A stretch of DNA of 64,000 nt from Octopus bimaculoides (Eukaryota), in contig NC_068990.1 in the NCBI RefSeq assembly GCF_001194135.2, positions 63,333,435-63,397,434 on the forward strand. The letters are read 5' to 3'. Shown here one piece after another: positions 26,095 to 39,497 of the stretch. Every line of letters starts with the position of its first letter. Within the stretch, counting starts at the first letter, position 1. The position numbers and the translations under genes were made by a program. The notes below the pieces were generated by a model. It was not told where the DNA came from. It worked only from the letters and a program-made list of their open reading frames with translations, and made no database searches.

Positions 26095-26836
26095 TTATTC
26101 AGAAAGATACAAATTAGCGTTCAAAATGATATCCGCAGGTGTAAACCACAAGGCATTTTAAGATGAATATACATCTTAAGACTAATGAGAACAATTAAGA
26201 GATAAGAAAATCAACAGAAAGAATATAAATACACATATATATAGATATAAGAAGACTAACGTAGAGAGATACTATGATATCAATGATGAAGCTAAATTCC
26301 TCGCTAAACGTAGCAATATCGATGATAGATTAGAATACTTAGCCAAAAGAGAGGCGTTTATTACTTTAAAAGACCATAAGCCCAATTTTCATGATAATCC
26401 TACTTGTAGATTGTTAAACCCAGCGAGATCTGAAATTGGGCTAGTAGCTAAAAGAATACTTAGAAATATTTATATTAGAATTAGGGAAATTACTGGGCTT
26501 CAACAGTGGAATAACAGTTTTACTGTAATAGATTGGTTTAAGAATATCAAGGATAAGAATAAGGCTAAATTTACGCAGTTTGATATCATAGACATGTATC
26601 CCTCTATATCTAGATCGCTGCTTGATAAAGCTATTGAATTTGCTAATTCATATGTTGGAACTGAACCTATAGATCTAGATTTTATCAGGCATGCGAGAAA
26701 AACACGTTTGTTCACTAAGGGAGTCGCATAATGACGAACTATTTCATGTATCTATGAGGTCATATGATAGTGCTGATGTCTGTGATCTTGTGGGTTTATT
26801 TATATTAAACACCTTTGAAATATAGATACCCAGCCC
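26095..26836 (+). mobile_element. Penelope-like retroelement RT fragment (decayed)
   Basis: DINDEAK...DDRLEYLAKREAFITLKDHKPNFHDNPTCRLLNPARSEIG...QFDIIDMYPSIS...HARK, then frameshifted SYDSADVCDLVGLFIL and IGLYR. It breaks at a SINE tail just before the expected YRDD. Confidence 0.85.
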
Positions 26837-26854
26837 ATGACATTGGCCTATACC

Positions 26855-26945
26855 GTAAGTCTTGGGGTCGGTTTATTTGACTAAAGGCGGTGCTCCAGCA
26901 AGGCCGCAGTCAAATGATTGAAACAAGTAAAAGGATAAAAGAAGA
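26855..26945 (+). mobile_element. SINE family B 3' tail fragment
   Basis: gtcttggggtcggtttatttgactaaaggcggtgctccagcaaggccgcagtcaaatgattgaaacaagtaaaagg. Confidence 0.85.
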
Positions 26946-26946
26946 T

Positions 26947-26980
<34 letters not shown>

Positions 26981-27235
26981 CCAGCTATTATGCTTAAATT
27001 ATACTGAACTCATAATCAGGGGCCAAGAGCAAAGTGAACACCGTACAAATAACGCCCTATTACACTCTATTCACTCTTGCTAGTGTATGGAATTAGATAG
27101 TCTATGTTAAAATTAAAAATAACACATGGTATAATTATTGATAGTATCCAGTTTTTGTAGAGACCATTCTTCCACGAAAAACATAATAATCCTGTGGAAT
27201 GAAGATGCCAATGTACATACGACTTTATATTTTAT

Positions 27236-27412
27236 TCCCCCCCCCAAAAAAAAAAATTAGGCCTTGTGCCTTTAATAGAAATGATTATATTTGAGAATCA
27301 ACAAATCCCCTCCCTCCAAAATTTTAGGCCCTGTGCCTTCAGTAGAAAGGATTATATTTGAGAATCGACTAGTCCCCTTCCCCAAACGTTTAGGCCTTGT
27401 GCCTTCAGTATA
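27236..27412 (+). repeat. Tandem triplication (66-67 bp unit) of the SINE-A 3' tail
   Basis: taggcc(t/c)tgtgcctt at 27258, 27325 and 27391; gattatatttgagaatc at 27283 and 27350. Confidence 0.85.
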
Positions 27413-27662
27413 TATTATATTGTTGCGTCGAATCAAAAGTCTTACAAATTTTGGTAACTTATTTGGTTTATTCGTCAAGTTACAACAACAAAAAGCAGCC
27501 CAGCTTTCAAAGTAGAGGCCATTGTGTTGCACTATCTGAAGCTATCTTTCTACAAGTTCCTTGTTTCTACGTTGATATCAGTTCTTGTCTTTCGAAGCTT
27601 CCACCTCCTCTTGGCTGATGAAGCGTCGCGACCCCAGGAAGTGAGCCATGGATCGGAACGAC
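27413..27662 (-). mobile_element. Mariner transposase C-terminal remnant with a probable 3' TIR
   Basis: Minus strand FRSMAHFLGSRRFISQEEVEASKDKN*YQR.NKELVER*LQIVQHNGLYFES matches the mariner C-terminus. A TIR-like end lies at about 27413-27445. Confidence 0.8.
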
Positions 27663-27669
27663 ACAATTC

Positions 27670-27900
27670 CAATGGTGGCAGTGGCGGCAGCAGTAGCGGT
27701 GGAAGTGGGGGCATCGGGTGTAGCAGCAGCGCGTTGACAATTAAACGGCGCTGGAAACGGTGGCAGAAACGGCATCAACGGCGGCAGTAGCGGCGGTGGT
27801 GGCGACGACGGTAGAGGTGGTAGCTTCGGCAGCGTTACAGACCGGTGGCAGCGGTGGCAGCGACGGCCAAAATAAAGTGACGGCAGAGATAATGGAAGTA
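27670..27900. repeat. Degenerate GC-rich (GGC/AGC/GGT)n low-complexity tract
   Basis: Repeating ggcagc/ggtggc/agtagc units. No frame stays open through it with non-repetitive flanks. Confidence 0.7.
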
Positions 27901-29414
27901 ATGGCGGCATTTTTCAGTGGCTCTGACACCTATGGTCATGACGATGCTAATGTGGCTGCTTCTTCTTACATATTAACTGCTATTACATTACAGTTTTACC
28001 AAAGAGCTTTCCCCACCGGAATATAAATGTCGTTGTCTTGGACGGCTTATTCTGGTGTAATATAAGTATAGGTCTACGGTTATAAATTATGTCTTGCATA
28101 TGTTTCTGTTGAGTTAAATATCAATAAGCTCATTTCATAGTATAGTTTATATATCGAAAGAAATTAGAAACAAATCAATTAGTCAATAAAATATAATTTT
28201 ATTCTCCAATGATAAAATTGGTATTATTTTTATAGTATTTCGTTAACCATACACTTTATATTTGATCATTATACCCTTAATATAAAGAATCTTTATAGTT
28301 TATTCGCCATTGCATTAATATATGTTGTAAAACGCCTGCAATCGCTATGTGTAATCTACGAAAACATCTCGACTACATTTGATACATCGAATCATATTTA
28401 TGGCATTTTAAGCGAAATGTGGATATTTCACAGGATATTTTAGTTATATATTTTAAATACACAGCTAAAATATCCTGTGAAAGTAAACGTATCTGTTGTA
28501 AAGCTTTTATTATTAAATAATTTATTTGTAACAGTGGAACTCGAAGCAGATAAAGCTATAAATGATAGCTTGAAAACATTCGGTTTGGATAGGAAAAAAA
28601 AGGAAGTCTGCTCGTGGGACACGAACCTACATCTCCTGCGTACATGACAGATGTTTCACTATTGGACAAAATAATTTCTTTATCCATTTTAGATACTGTA
28701 GTCTTACAAGCTAGAATTTTTATGTTGTTGACATCATAAGAATTTAGAAACTTCGAGAGAATGTGAAATAATTCTGTTCTAGAAAAGAGAAACTCGAAGC
28801 AGATAAACCGAACAGATGAAAGCGTGCAAAGAACTTTTTTAAGTTTTGGATAGAAAAGATAGAATGTTATTACTAGTTATAGTAGAAAACAAAACATTAA
28901 CACCTTCTTCACAGAGCGTAACATGTTAAGTATGGAAGCAGCCTATTCTAAATTGCTTAAATTAAAGGATTCTATTTTTTGTTTTGGAAGTTTTTAAACA
29001 TAATTTAAGAAAAATCAGTATTTCAGCATTGTATTTCTATCGTTTCTTACTTAGCATCGGCACTCTATCAGACATATTTTGTGGTGGTCACCTCTTTTAT
29101 AAGAATTCATTGTACTTCTGATATAAGAAAAGACATTGAGAGGGACAGAGAGAGAGATAGAGTGAGAGCATGTATACATGTGTAAGCGTGTGTTTGTATG
29201 TGGTGGTAGTAGTGGTGGTGTGTGCCGAAAATACAATTCTTTTTTGTTTTTACAGAATACAACGAAAATCTTCCACTTCTGCAAATCTAGATGCAAATGT
29301 TCCTTTAAAAAGGTGCTAGAGTCAGTGTTGATTCTAGTTTTATATAAGCAAATGAGAGACGATCAACTCATGATACAAACCTGGTGTATATAGCATAATA
29401 TTTTGAGGCGGTAT

Positions 29415-29622
29415 AAAGCGGTGAGCTGGCAGAATCGTCAGCACATCGGGCAGAATGCTTTGCGCTGTTTCGTCCGTCTTTACATTCTGAGTTCAAATTC
29501 TGCCGAGGTCGACTTTGTCCTTCATTCTTTCGGGGTCAATAAAATAAGTGCTAGTGCTCAACTGGAGTCGAAATAATCGACTTACATCCCGAAATATCTG
29601 GCCTTGTGCCAAAATTTGAAAC
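29415..29622 (+). mobile_element. SINE family A monomer
   Basis: Full head-to-tail family match. Confidence 0.88.
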
Positions 29623-31179
29623 AAATATTTCTAGATGGTATACTTATTATTCATTACTGATATTTCTATGATATGATGTGTGGTAAATTCAATGTTTCCA
29701 CTGCAAGACGAAATATGGCATGTTATCTGATCGTCCAATACTAACTCGCCCAATTCACTTGAACACTAACGTTGCAAAAAATAAATAAAATAAAATCAGA
29801 AGGAATTCTTTTAAAGTGTCTCACCGTTCATGATTGTTTATAATTTTCCTTTAAACAAATCAACTAACATTATTGATTTTTAATTTTGGTCCCAAAAATA
29901 CATTTTCCTTTAGTTTTAGTTTCACTTTGTAGCCTTTGAACTTGTCCCATCATCTATCTGAAATCCTCACTATTGATATTCATTGTCTCCTCGAAATCCT
30001 TCATCAGACTTAATTTTGTGTGAAACGTTTAAAGAATATGTTTTCTGATTTAATTAAATTTGAAGATGAATATATTGCGTAGTACGTTTCTGTTATTTCA
30101 GTCGATACACCTCAGTGTAGTGTTTTGTATCGTCACTATTTTCTTAAAGATAAGCGGAAAAAACCGGAACGAAAAGATTAGGAACAAGTAAAGCAAAATA
30201 TTTTATCCAGTAGTTAAACGACACTACGAGCTTGCCGTCCGTCATCGTCCAGATAATAGTAATGACGAAAATAAAATAAGCCTATAAAGTATAGGGAAAC
30301 ACAAAAGTATTAGGAGACAAATAACCTTTTTTAAAGTCGAACCCTCAAAATATAAGCTTAACTTGTCTTTTATGAAATATACTGTATTAGCAAGTTTGTT
30401 GTGATATTGAATATACTTCAACAGATGGTCGATAATTAATTTATGATAAATATGCAAATAAGTCTCGTAAAACACCAAGATGAATAAAGCCAACGTGAAT
30501 AGTACCAACACAACGTAAACTAATTGCTACTTTCTATAGTTTGAATCTGAAGGAATCGACAATTCCATCATTCTAATTTATCAGATCTGCAGACACGCAT
30601 GAGCAAACATTAAATAAATGCCGCAAAAACACTATAAAGGGAGTTGAATTGAGTACGAAACAGAAAAGAATCAATAGCACAGAAAAGCTCAAGCGTACAT
30701 TCAATTTTTTTTTTCTCTGAACTGAATCCTTCAGTCGATGTACCACATCAAAACAAAATCTTCGTGTTTGTTTTTCGCTCCGGTAGAATTTATGCATGAA
30801 GGGCTATCACATATAATTTGATAGAGGCTGAAGTAGTGAAAGACGATTATGATTATTATTTTAATTTTAAAAGAAGTAGTCAGATTTAAGACGCTGTAGA
30901 GACAATTTTTGGAACAATATACCTTGTTTTACATTAGAAATTTTACAGCATACACTCATCATTATAACTGTCATCAATTTCAGTTAACATTTTAAATACA
31001 ACACTCTGTTACCAATTTCATATTAAATATTTTAAATTTTAAAAATAACACAAAGTAGTTTCTTTTAGCTGATGCCAGACACAAAAACGACAACACACCA
31101 ACACTATGAACATCGCCGTGTTTCATTCGCTTTCTCGAGAGTTCCGAACTTCCTGCTAGAGACGTAGGGGCAAGAGTTA

Positions 31180-31480
31180 GAGAATGAGGTGTGCTTTTTC
31201 AGTCGTTATCCGATTTCCCACTAGTCGCCGAATTCGCTCCCTATTGAGTATTTGCCATCTCGACTCTCGACTATCTTTCCCTCTCCCAAGTCTTGTTGGT
31301 TTTCTATTGTCATCTATACTTCTGTAACTTGTTTTTCTAGGCAGAGATCTTCGCCCTACGGAAGCCCATTTATTTACCCTTGAGAAGAGGTGGTCCATAT
31401 TCGTCTGGTTTCTTTCATTTGGTCTGTCCAGCATGGAAGGCCCTACCAGAGTGAGGCACAAAAGCCATCGCATTGCAACA
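31180..31480 (-). mobile_element. Possible RTE-clade LINE 5' UTR remnant
   Basis: Reverse complement ggtagggccttccatgctggacagacc...aaccagacgaatatggacc resembles, from memory, 5' regions of RTE/Expander LINEs. No ORF2 motif follows. Confidence 0.3.
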
Positions 31481-34068
31481 AGGACTGGAGATTATGATAG
31501 CGAATTCTTTTTAATTACAATGTAATATATTTAACAAATGTCTGTAGGTTAATATTCCTTAAGATTCTTCAATTAAACTTTCTTGACCACCACTTTATAT
31601 ATTGTTGAACTTGTAAGTTATGTAAGGGACGTTTAGCTGTAAGAAAACTCGCCAAGTTATATTCACGGGAGACGCTAAACAACTCGCCATATAAACTAGG
31701 AAACTATCATCAACTTTTCAATGCTCGGGTAAATGTAGTGGTGAAGTTGTGTTAGCCACAGCAACTATTCTGAGGTAATCATGGCTCATAAAATATATCC
31801 GTGTTACGGTATCAATGGCAGGATATGAGGCACTTTCATTTAATTATTCAGTGTATTATTTATTTGAAGCTCTGGCCCTGACTTTATATATTACACAGTC
31901 ATATTGACGCCTGTCATTTACATATAAGTATAGTTATTTTTTCTTTGGGAAAAAGAAGGTCGTATTTTTAAGGAAAGAATAAGTTTTAGCAAAATCATTA
32001 GGGAAGTAGGTAAAGCGAAATATTAGTTGTTTCTTTTCTGTGCTACATATTTAAAGTTTCCTATTGCCTTGAGACACAGTGTTTTATTTAATGGATGGTT
32101 TGAATATCTTACAATGACTAACTTGATTAAAATATATACGATCGAGTAACATGTCTACTTGAAGTCTATGAAATTAGTATTAATAACATGTAGTCACCTA
32201 TCCTCACATCTCATAAACATGTCACTACACTTCACCAAGTAAAACGTTTGATACGAAGGCATAAATACTCACTTCCCTAGGTGAGTCAATGTAAAAACTT
32301 TTCATAGTAATTGTTTTTTAAAACCATCTCTATAATAATCACCTTGTGTTATTTAATTTCTTATTTTATTTATCACCTCAGAATAGGATTCTGCCGCAGA
32401 TCTGTAAGCCATACATTGTTCACTTAGACTCCGAGCCAACGAGTCAATCTCTTTGCACACTCTTTCTACTTACCTGTTTTACAAGCAGATAAGTAACTGA
32501 GACATTTTATCTATCTAATTATTACATCGTCCCATATCTTTATTGATTTGATATTTATTATTTAAGATATACTTTTCTGACGTTTCAGCGATTGATATTT
32601 TATCTGAAGTTTCAGCACTATTCTAATTCAGTGGATTAATTATCTATTTATTTCGAAAATATATTATGTTTTCTCTTATCGTTGGAACTTTTGTGGTTAT
32701 ATCTGTTGTATTTGTTTTTATTGTTTATATATATTTTCCTTGTATGTTTCGAGAACCAGATAACCATGATAACACTTTACAGTTTATCTAACAGAAGGAA
32801 TGACATTGCTATAGTTTAAAGAGTCATTCTTAAGAACATAATCTTTCAGAAGTTAGCTCACGTTTTATTTACTGTATATTTTATTTTATTTCATTTCTGC
32901 CTGTTCTGTTGTACTAAAGTTTTGATGAAAAGGAACTTGAAATAATAATAAAGTAACAATATTAATATTAATAATAAAGAATATTAATCCTCCATGAAAC
33001 ACAAAATAAAAATCATGAGTGAAAATCAGTTAATAAGTCCACAATTACAGAAAATAAAAAGTAAGTTAAACTAATCAAGATGGAATGATAAGAAAGGCAG
33101 GAAGAAGAAAAGGAAAAATTCAGATGAAACATGACCGAAATGGATTTGTTTTTTTACTTATGTGTATTTCAAATCTTAAGTCGTGTTCCTTTTGACATTC
33201 ATCATTAAATGCACACACATACAAACTCACTGTGAGAGGCACAGTCAAACATAATTACATACGTCAGGTATACATAGACAGACAGACAGACACACGCACA
33301 CAAGCACATACACACGAACACATGTACATACACATGCACACAATATTGAAGTACGCATTTACACTCCAGAACACGCACACTCTCATTAACAAACATAGCT
33401 ACTTATGCATGTAGTCGTTTGATTATTAGCTAGAAGACACAAGTAAACATACATATTTATTTTTATATTCACGCAATATTGAAGAATGATGGCGAGTGAA
33501 TAAAAATGGATTAGGCGCTAAAAAGATGGAGATAAAAGGAAGTTGCATTATGCATATATATGTGGAGGTGACTGAAATAAGGACGCATGTTTATCTTTAG
33601 CTCTGCAGGCAAGAAAGCACTCAATAAACTATTTATTCACAGTTAAGATGTTTAAATTTTCTTTGTTTGTTACTCCGAGTTGGTTGAGTTACACTGTTTA
33701 GGCGGGACTACGGCTCATAAAATTTTCATTTCTACTTTAACAAACAGATCACAAGTTTTTTGACTCCTGTATCACACATCAATTTAGGGATTACATGTGG
33801 AAAGAAATATATAACGCTGTTTCTTTAGGTCTGTTTCTGGATTAGGGATTTATTAGAATAAGTACTGCTTTTATAATAAATTTATTCACATACTTACATT
33901 TCACTGTAATCCTACGATTTGTTGAAAGCATTAAACGGTTTCATATGAATTTTCTATTTTCTCACAAGTAGAGAAAGCATATCTTATATCTTCGATATAG
34001 CAGGAGGTAACATTGTTTATTGACTAGTTAATTAACTTTTCTCAGTGCTGTTTTCCTTCTAGTTTTAC

Positions 34069-34129
<61 letters not shown>

Positions 34130-34382
34130 GACAGAGAGAGACAGACAGACAGACAGAGACAGAGATAAAAATACACACACGCACGTAAACAAATATATTG
34201 AATATAACTCGAGTGTTACAATACCTACATTGCTAGATATAAGAGCTAAAAGGTTCTACAGCATTAGAGCTTTTCGTTCTTATTTCTAGCAATGTAGGTG
34301 CTCCAGCACCCAAGTCATATTTAGAGACAATTATAGCTTTCCTTTTTCGTAACACATTGCACATAGCTGTCTGTATTAATTT

Positions 34383-34462
<80 letters not shown>

Positions 34463-35444
34463 NNNNNNNNNNNNNNNNNNNNNNNNNNNNNNNNNNNNNN
34501 NNNNNNNNNNNNNNNNNNNNNNNNNNNNNNNNNNNNNNNNNNNNNNNNNNNNNNNNNNNNNNNNNNNNNNNNNNNNNNNNNNNNNNNNNNNNNNNNNNNN
34601 NNNNNNNNNNNNNNNNNNNNNNNNNNNNNNNNNNNNNNNNNNNNNNNNNNNNNNNNNNNNNNNNNNNNNNNNNNNNNNNNNNNNNNNNNNNNNNNNNNNN
34701 NNNNNNNNNNNNNNNNNNNNNNNNNNNNNNNNNNNNNNNNNNNNNNNNNNNNNNNNNNNNNNNNNNNNNNNNNNNNNNNNNNNNNNNNNNNNNNNNNNNN
34801 NNNNNNNNNNNNNNNNNNNNNNNNNNNNNNNNNNNNNNNNNNNNNNNNNNNNNNNNNNNNNNNNNNNNNNNNNNNNNNNNNNNNNNNNNNNNNNNNNNNN
34901 NNNNNNNNNNNNNNNNNNNNNNNNNNNNNNNNNNNNNNNNNNNNNNNNNNNNNNNNNNNNNNNNNNNNNNNNNNNNNNNNNNNNNNNNNNNNNNNNNNNN
35001 NNNNNNNNNNNNNNNNNNNNNNNNNATATATATATATATATATATATATATAAATCGGGGGAGTATCCTACTTAGTTCATGTAGGACAGACTGTGATGCG
35101 TTTAAGAAAACTAGTTTTTAATCTCGCTTTACATTGTTTGAGGATAATTTAATAATGGTTTGTGTTAAGATTTCGCTTTTGTTCGGCTTTTCCCATTTAG
35201 GAGTGGGTTGATTCATTCTTGCTCTTAATTTTATATATTAATATCCTCCTCTTCATCCCAAAATATACCATCGATGTCTCTCAACTTGCAGCTGTAATTA
35301 TCTCAGATACTTTTCATCCTTAAAAGGGTTGCTTGCTGTGGTGGTTGTTGAACGTCAAGAATTTCTGTTGTAGCAGTAGTAGTGATTGGTGCAACTTAGA
35401 CACAAGTCAGTCGATATTGAGCACATCTATGATTAAATACTTTC

Positions 35445-35662
35445 TATGAGTGGGTGCTGAAAAGTTCCTGGTTTTAAGAGTATCGCAAATGACCTGGATG
35501 GGGGCCCGAAACTGACGAGTCCTTTTACAGGGCCTAGAAAAACTGAAGGAGCGCTGGAGTATGTGAATCAGAGAAGGAAATATATTAGATAGAATCATAA
35601 TGAACTGTTCGTCCTGTATTTTCTTTTACTCAAAATCAGGAACTGTTTATTACTTCCTCGTA
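35445..35662 (+). mobile_element. Non-autonomous mariner element (MITE-like)
   Basis: Degenerate TIRs tatgagtgggtgctgaaaagttcctggtttt / aaaatcaggaactgtttattacttcctcgta with TA at both ends. Internal LEKLKERW..., the mariner C-terminus. Confidence 0.8.
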
Positions 35663-36755
35663 CCTGTAAGCAAACCATTATGATTTATGTTAGCGAATAC
35701 TTGTGAAAATGTGCCATTTTTCCAAAGGTCCTGGTGTAATTTGTTGGATTTCAGAATGGTGTTTTCTAGCAAGTTGAACGCCGCTGAGGTTCTCCTCATT
35801 ACTTTGAATGACTTGCAGTAGTTCTAGTTCGTAGGTAAAGTAAAGTTAAGAGCTGGGAAATATGAAAGGTGGCATGTGAGATAATTTTTTTTTTTTTTCT
35901 GGTTCAGCCCATTCATTAGTACAATTTTCTCTTAAAGGGGCTGTGAAGATTGGAAAGGGAACGGTCAAATTGCTGTTTTGATAAAATTAAATAGGTTTAT
36001 ACTGTGCAAACTTTTTCCAATGCTTCGACGAAGAAAGCGGAAGTATACAGATGCAAACATTACTTAGTTGTATCATTCATATGAAGCGAATAGGAACAAA
36101 AATGTTTCACAAATATTTTGCAAAGCTGGTATTAGTCTGTTGGAGAAGTGCGAAATTAGTGCATCTATTTTTTTTTAATCAGGTGTCTAATTAGTTTGAT
36201 TTATCTATGCAGGATTGGGAGCATTCTAACATAGTGAGCTACTTTTTTGTATTTGGTTTTAGAGTTGCGATCGAATCTTGTACATATTTAATCTCTCTTA
36301 TCTTTTAGGATCACAGTGGATAATATACCAATGTGTGCGTACACGTGTGTGGCGTGTGTGTAGGTCCTGCTCACAAACACATACTCGCGCGCGCACACAC
36401 GCACACACACACACACACACACACACTCACGGGTCTGTTCAAGTATCTTTTTTTAAAACAACACAACACATTTATTTCAAAGAACTGCATCCTCCATACA
36501 TCGGTATTATTTCGATTTGACTTAAAATGACCTTCCCAATTTTATATTTGTTCTGCATTTTTAATGCGAAGCCTTTTCCAATTAATATCTGTTGCTATGA
36601 TATTTCACAATGATGAAATGTCGTCACGACTCAAACGGTATTCGCTAAACATAGTTTTAATCGTTGGTATATTTCGGTGCAAATTTCAGTATTATTTCTA
36701 CAAGCTATATTACACACACAGTGCATTTCCTGACTAATCAGTAATCACTATGAAA

Positions 36756-36792
<37 letters not shown>

Positions 36793-37640
36793 ACGTACAC
36801 TCACGCGCCCAAATTCTCGCGCGCACACATACACTACACACATATATACACACACACACACACACACATACACGCGCACGCTAAAGTATTCATCATTTCA
36901 TGAACTCACACATCTACAATTGTCGCTGGAAACTGTTTTCGTTTGATATTTATTATATAATTAAATCCTTTGACAATTCCATGCAGGTGTCTACGTGGAA
37001 GCATTAAATCCTCAGACGATAGAAAACTCCACTAAGACTGGTTAGTAACCATTCGGACACCTGCATCAAATAATTACTTGGAATTTTGTTACATAATTGT
37101 TCATACACACTACCTGGTATGTGGATTTGCCGTAAAGTCAATGGTATCCTCTTGAGAAACCTTGTTTCCGTTCCAGATGTAATTTCCTATAATAGAAAAT
37201 TGACTTACTTCTCTATGTTCTTGGACACGACAGAAACACATAAGTACATGAAATCAATAAGGATGGAGATTTTTGGATAGACACTACTAAATATCCAGTT
37301 TACTCAATCTATCGAAATAAGTCACCGAATAGATACGTACGGGCACATTAATATTAACTGTGGGCCTATGATCCACCGAGGAAACTTGTATGGATGGTCT
37401 TTATTTAGCTATGACATATAGCAGCCAATTCTGCCTCATGTTAAACCATAACAGAATAAAAGGCAGTACTCATTGTATAACGCAGCCTGCGTCACACTAT
37501 GTCTAAACAATAAAGAGACGATCGAATGCCTTTAAACCAGATTGGGAAACCTTCCGACATAAGTCTGCCTCATTGAGTCAATTGAGACATGAACCAAATC
37601 AACATATTGCTCAAGAAATTCCACAATTTGCAGACATTCT

Positions 37641-37854
37641 TTTCTTTCTTTTATTCTTTTACTTGTTTCAGTCATTTGACTGCGGCCATGCTGGAACGCC
37701 GCCTTTAGTCGAGCAAATCGACCCCGGGACTTATTCTTTGGAAGTCTAGTATTTATTCTATCGGTCTCTTTTGCTGAACCGTTAAGTTACGGGGACGTAA
37801 ACACACCAGCATCGATTGTCAAGCGATGTTGGGGGGACAAACACAGACACACAA

Positions 37855-37920
<66 letters not shown>

Positions 37921-38079
37921 GACGGGCTTCTTTCAGTTTCCGTCTACCAAATCCACTCACAAGGCTTTGGTCAGCCCGAGGCTATAGTAGAAGACACTTG
38001 CCCAAGGTGCCACGCAGTGGGACTGAACCCGGAACCATGTGGTTGGTAAGCAAGCTACTTACCACACAGCCACTCCTGC
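37641..38079 (-). mobile_element. SINE family B, full length, with an internal (TA)/(TG) microsatellite
   Basis: Head gcaggagtggctgtgtggtaag...ggttcagtccc...ggcaccttgggcaagtg (CORE-like), microsatellite at about 37845-37920, tail ending gactgaaacaagtaaaagaataaaaga. Confidence 0.93.
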
Positions 38080-38359
38080 TCCATAAGGAGAAATTCTATA
38101 TTTTTAATTAGTAAGTTCGCTGAAGTAAGTTTACAACAAAATCAAAACATTCGTACTTTACGATCTAAACTTTAAACATAGTCATTCCATAGACGACATA
38201 TTCACAGAGATTGTTTAATTACATTTCTAATTTTACTGAAATTATCTGGTTAGCTCTATTCATTTTTCTATCGATGTCTTGCTCGCGCTCTCTATTTTTG
38301 ACTTAGTTGGTATTTCCATTGCAACAAAATTAGGTATATATACGACGATGCATCCACAC

Positions 38360-38540
38360 GCACACACGCACACACACACACACAAGCACAAATACACACA
38401 TACATACATACATACATACATACATGCACACACACATACATGCATACATTCGTATACACACACAAACACACATACATACATACATACATACATACATACA
38501 TACATACATACATACATACATACATACATACATACATACA
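38360..38540. repeat. (CA)n/(CATA)n compound microsatellite
   Basis: Directly visible. Confidence 0.95.
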
Positions 38541-38544
38541 TACT

Positions 38545-39415
38545 GACCACCGCTGTCAACATCTACATTAACAGCGATACCGAAAAGATCTATGTGAGTC
38601 GAAATGATGGTGGTAGATTCATAAAATCCACCCAAACAGCTTTTGAATGTGGCATTATTTCACTCAAACACCTGCTGAACAGGAAGGAAAGAAATGAGTA
38701 CATTCCATGCATGCTCAAAAGTGAGAGCAACAACATTTTCAGAGTTGGAGAAGAATTACTGTGCAAGTACTTTAAGAATGAAACTGTCTCGGGCGATCGA
38801 ATTGAGGTTGGACTGACCTAGCTGAACAGAAACTTGGAGGAAAAGCAGACATTATACCAGCAAAAAGAAACGCATGGGTACATATCCGGTAAGTAAGAGG
38901 ATAACAACAGCATTGACAGGAAGAGAAGCCTCTCCCGAACCTGTGATAGATACATTACATCCCACCTAAAAGGATATGCTTTTGCTATTCAAGAACAGAA
39001 CATAGCTATCAAATACCTGACAAACAAGCGGGATAAAGATACTACCAAACAGCCGCATTGCGATAGAAAGTCTCGGCTCTACGGTACTTGTGTAGAAGAT
39101 ATTAACCACATCAGTAGCAGCTGCTCCAAAATGTCTACAAGATGATACCTCCTTCTGAGGTAAAGCTGTCTGCAGGAAGGATTGCTCTGATGTATTCAGG
39201 GCAATGTCAGAACCAGCATGTATTCACAACTTTAAAAAAGGAACACTGATGGAATAATAAAAATAGCAATTCGATGCAAACATAACAGACCTGATATTGT
39301 TCTATGGGACAGAAAATAAAAGCCATGCACTGTTGTAGAGGTCGGCTACTCAGCAGATGTGAATGTACAATCAAAATTTCAGGAAAAAGAGAACATTTAT
39401 AGTGAATTAGCCACC
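38545..39415 (+). mobile_element. R4/Dong-like LINE 3' part: post-RT, CCHC zinc finger and RLE nuclease; decayed
   Basis: NSDTEKIYVSRNDGGR...GYAFAIQEQNIAIKYL...EDINHISSSCSKMSTR...KHNRPDIVLWD...CTVVEVG.SAD...QEKENIYSEL (PD..D/E..K nuclease). Contains stops and frameshifts; followed by (AAG)n at 39468-39505. Confidence 0.85.
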
Positions 39416-39466
39416 CATACCTAGCAACAAGATTTGGTTACCTCTTACCGCAACTACTACTCCTAC

Positions 39467-39497
<31 letters not shown>

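Noticed and set aside
27524-28026. Gly/Ser/Ala-rich ORFs as a structural protein gene
   Set aside because: They are a degenerate trinucleotide tract next to a mariner remnant. The frame shifts repeatedly and there is no gene context.
36981-37066. 11-bp inverted repeat atgcaggtgtc/gacacctgcat as a mini-MITE
   Set aside because: About one such match is expected by chance in 64 kb, and there is no TSD.
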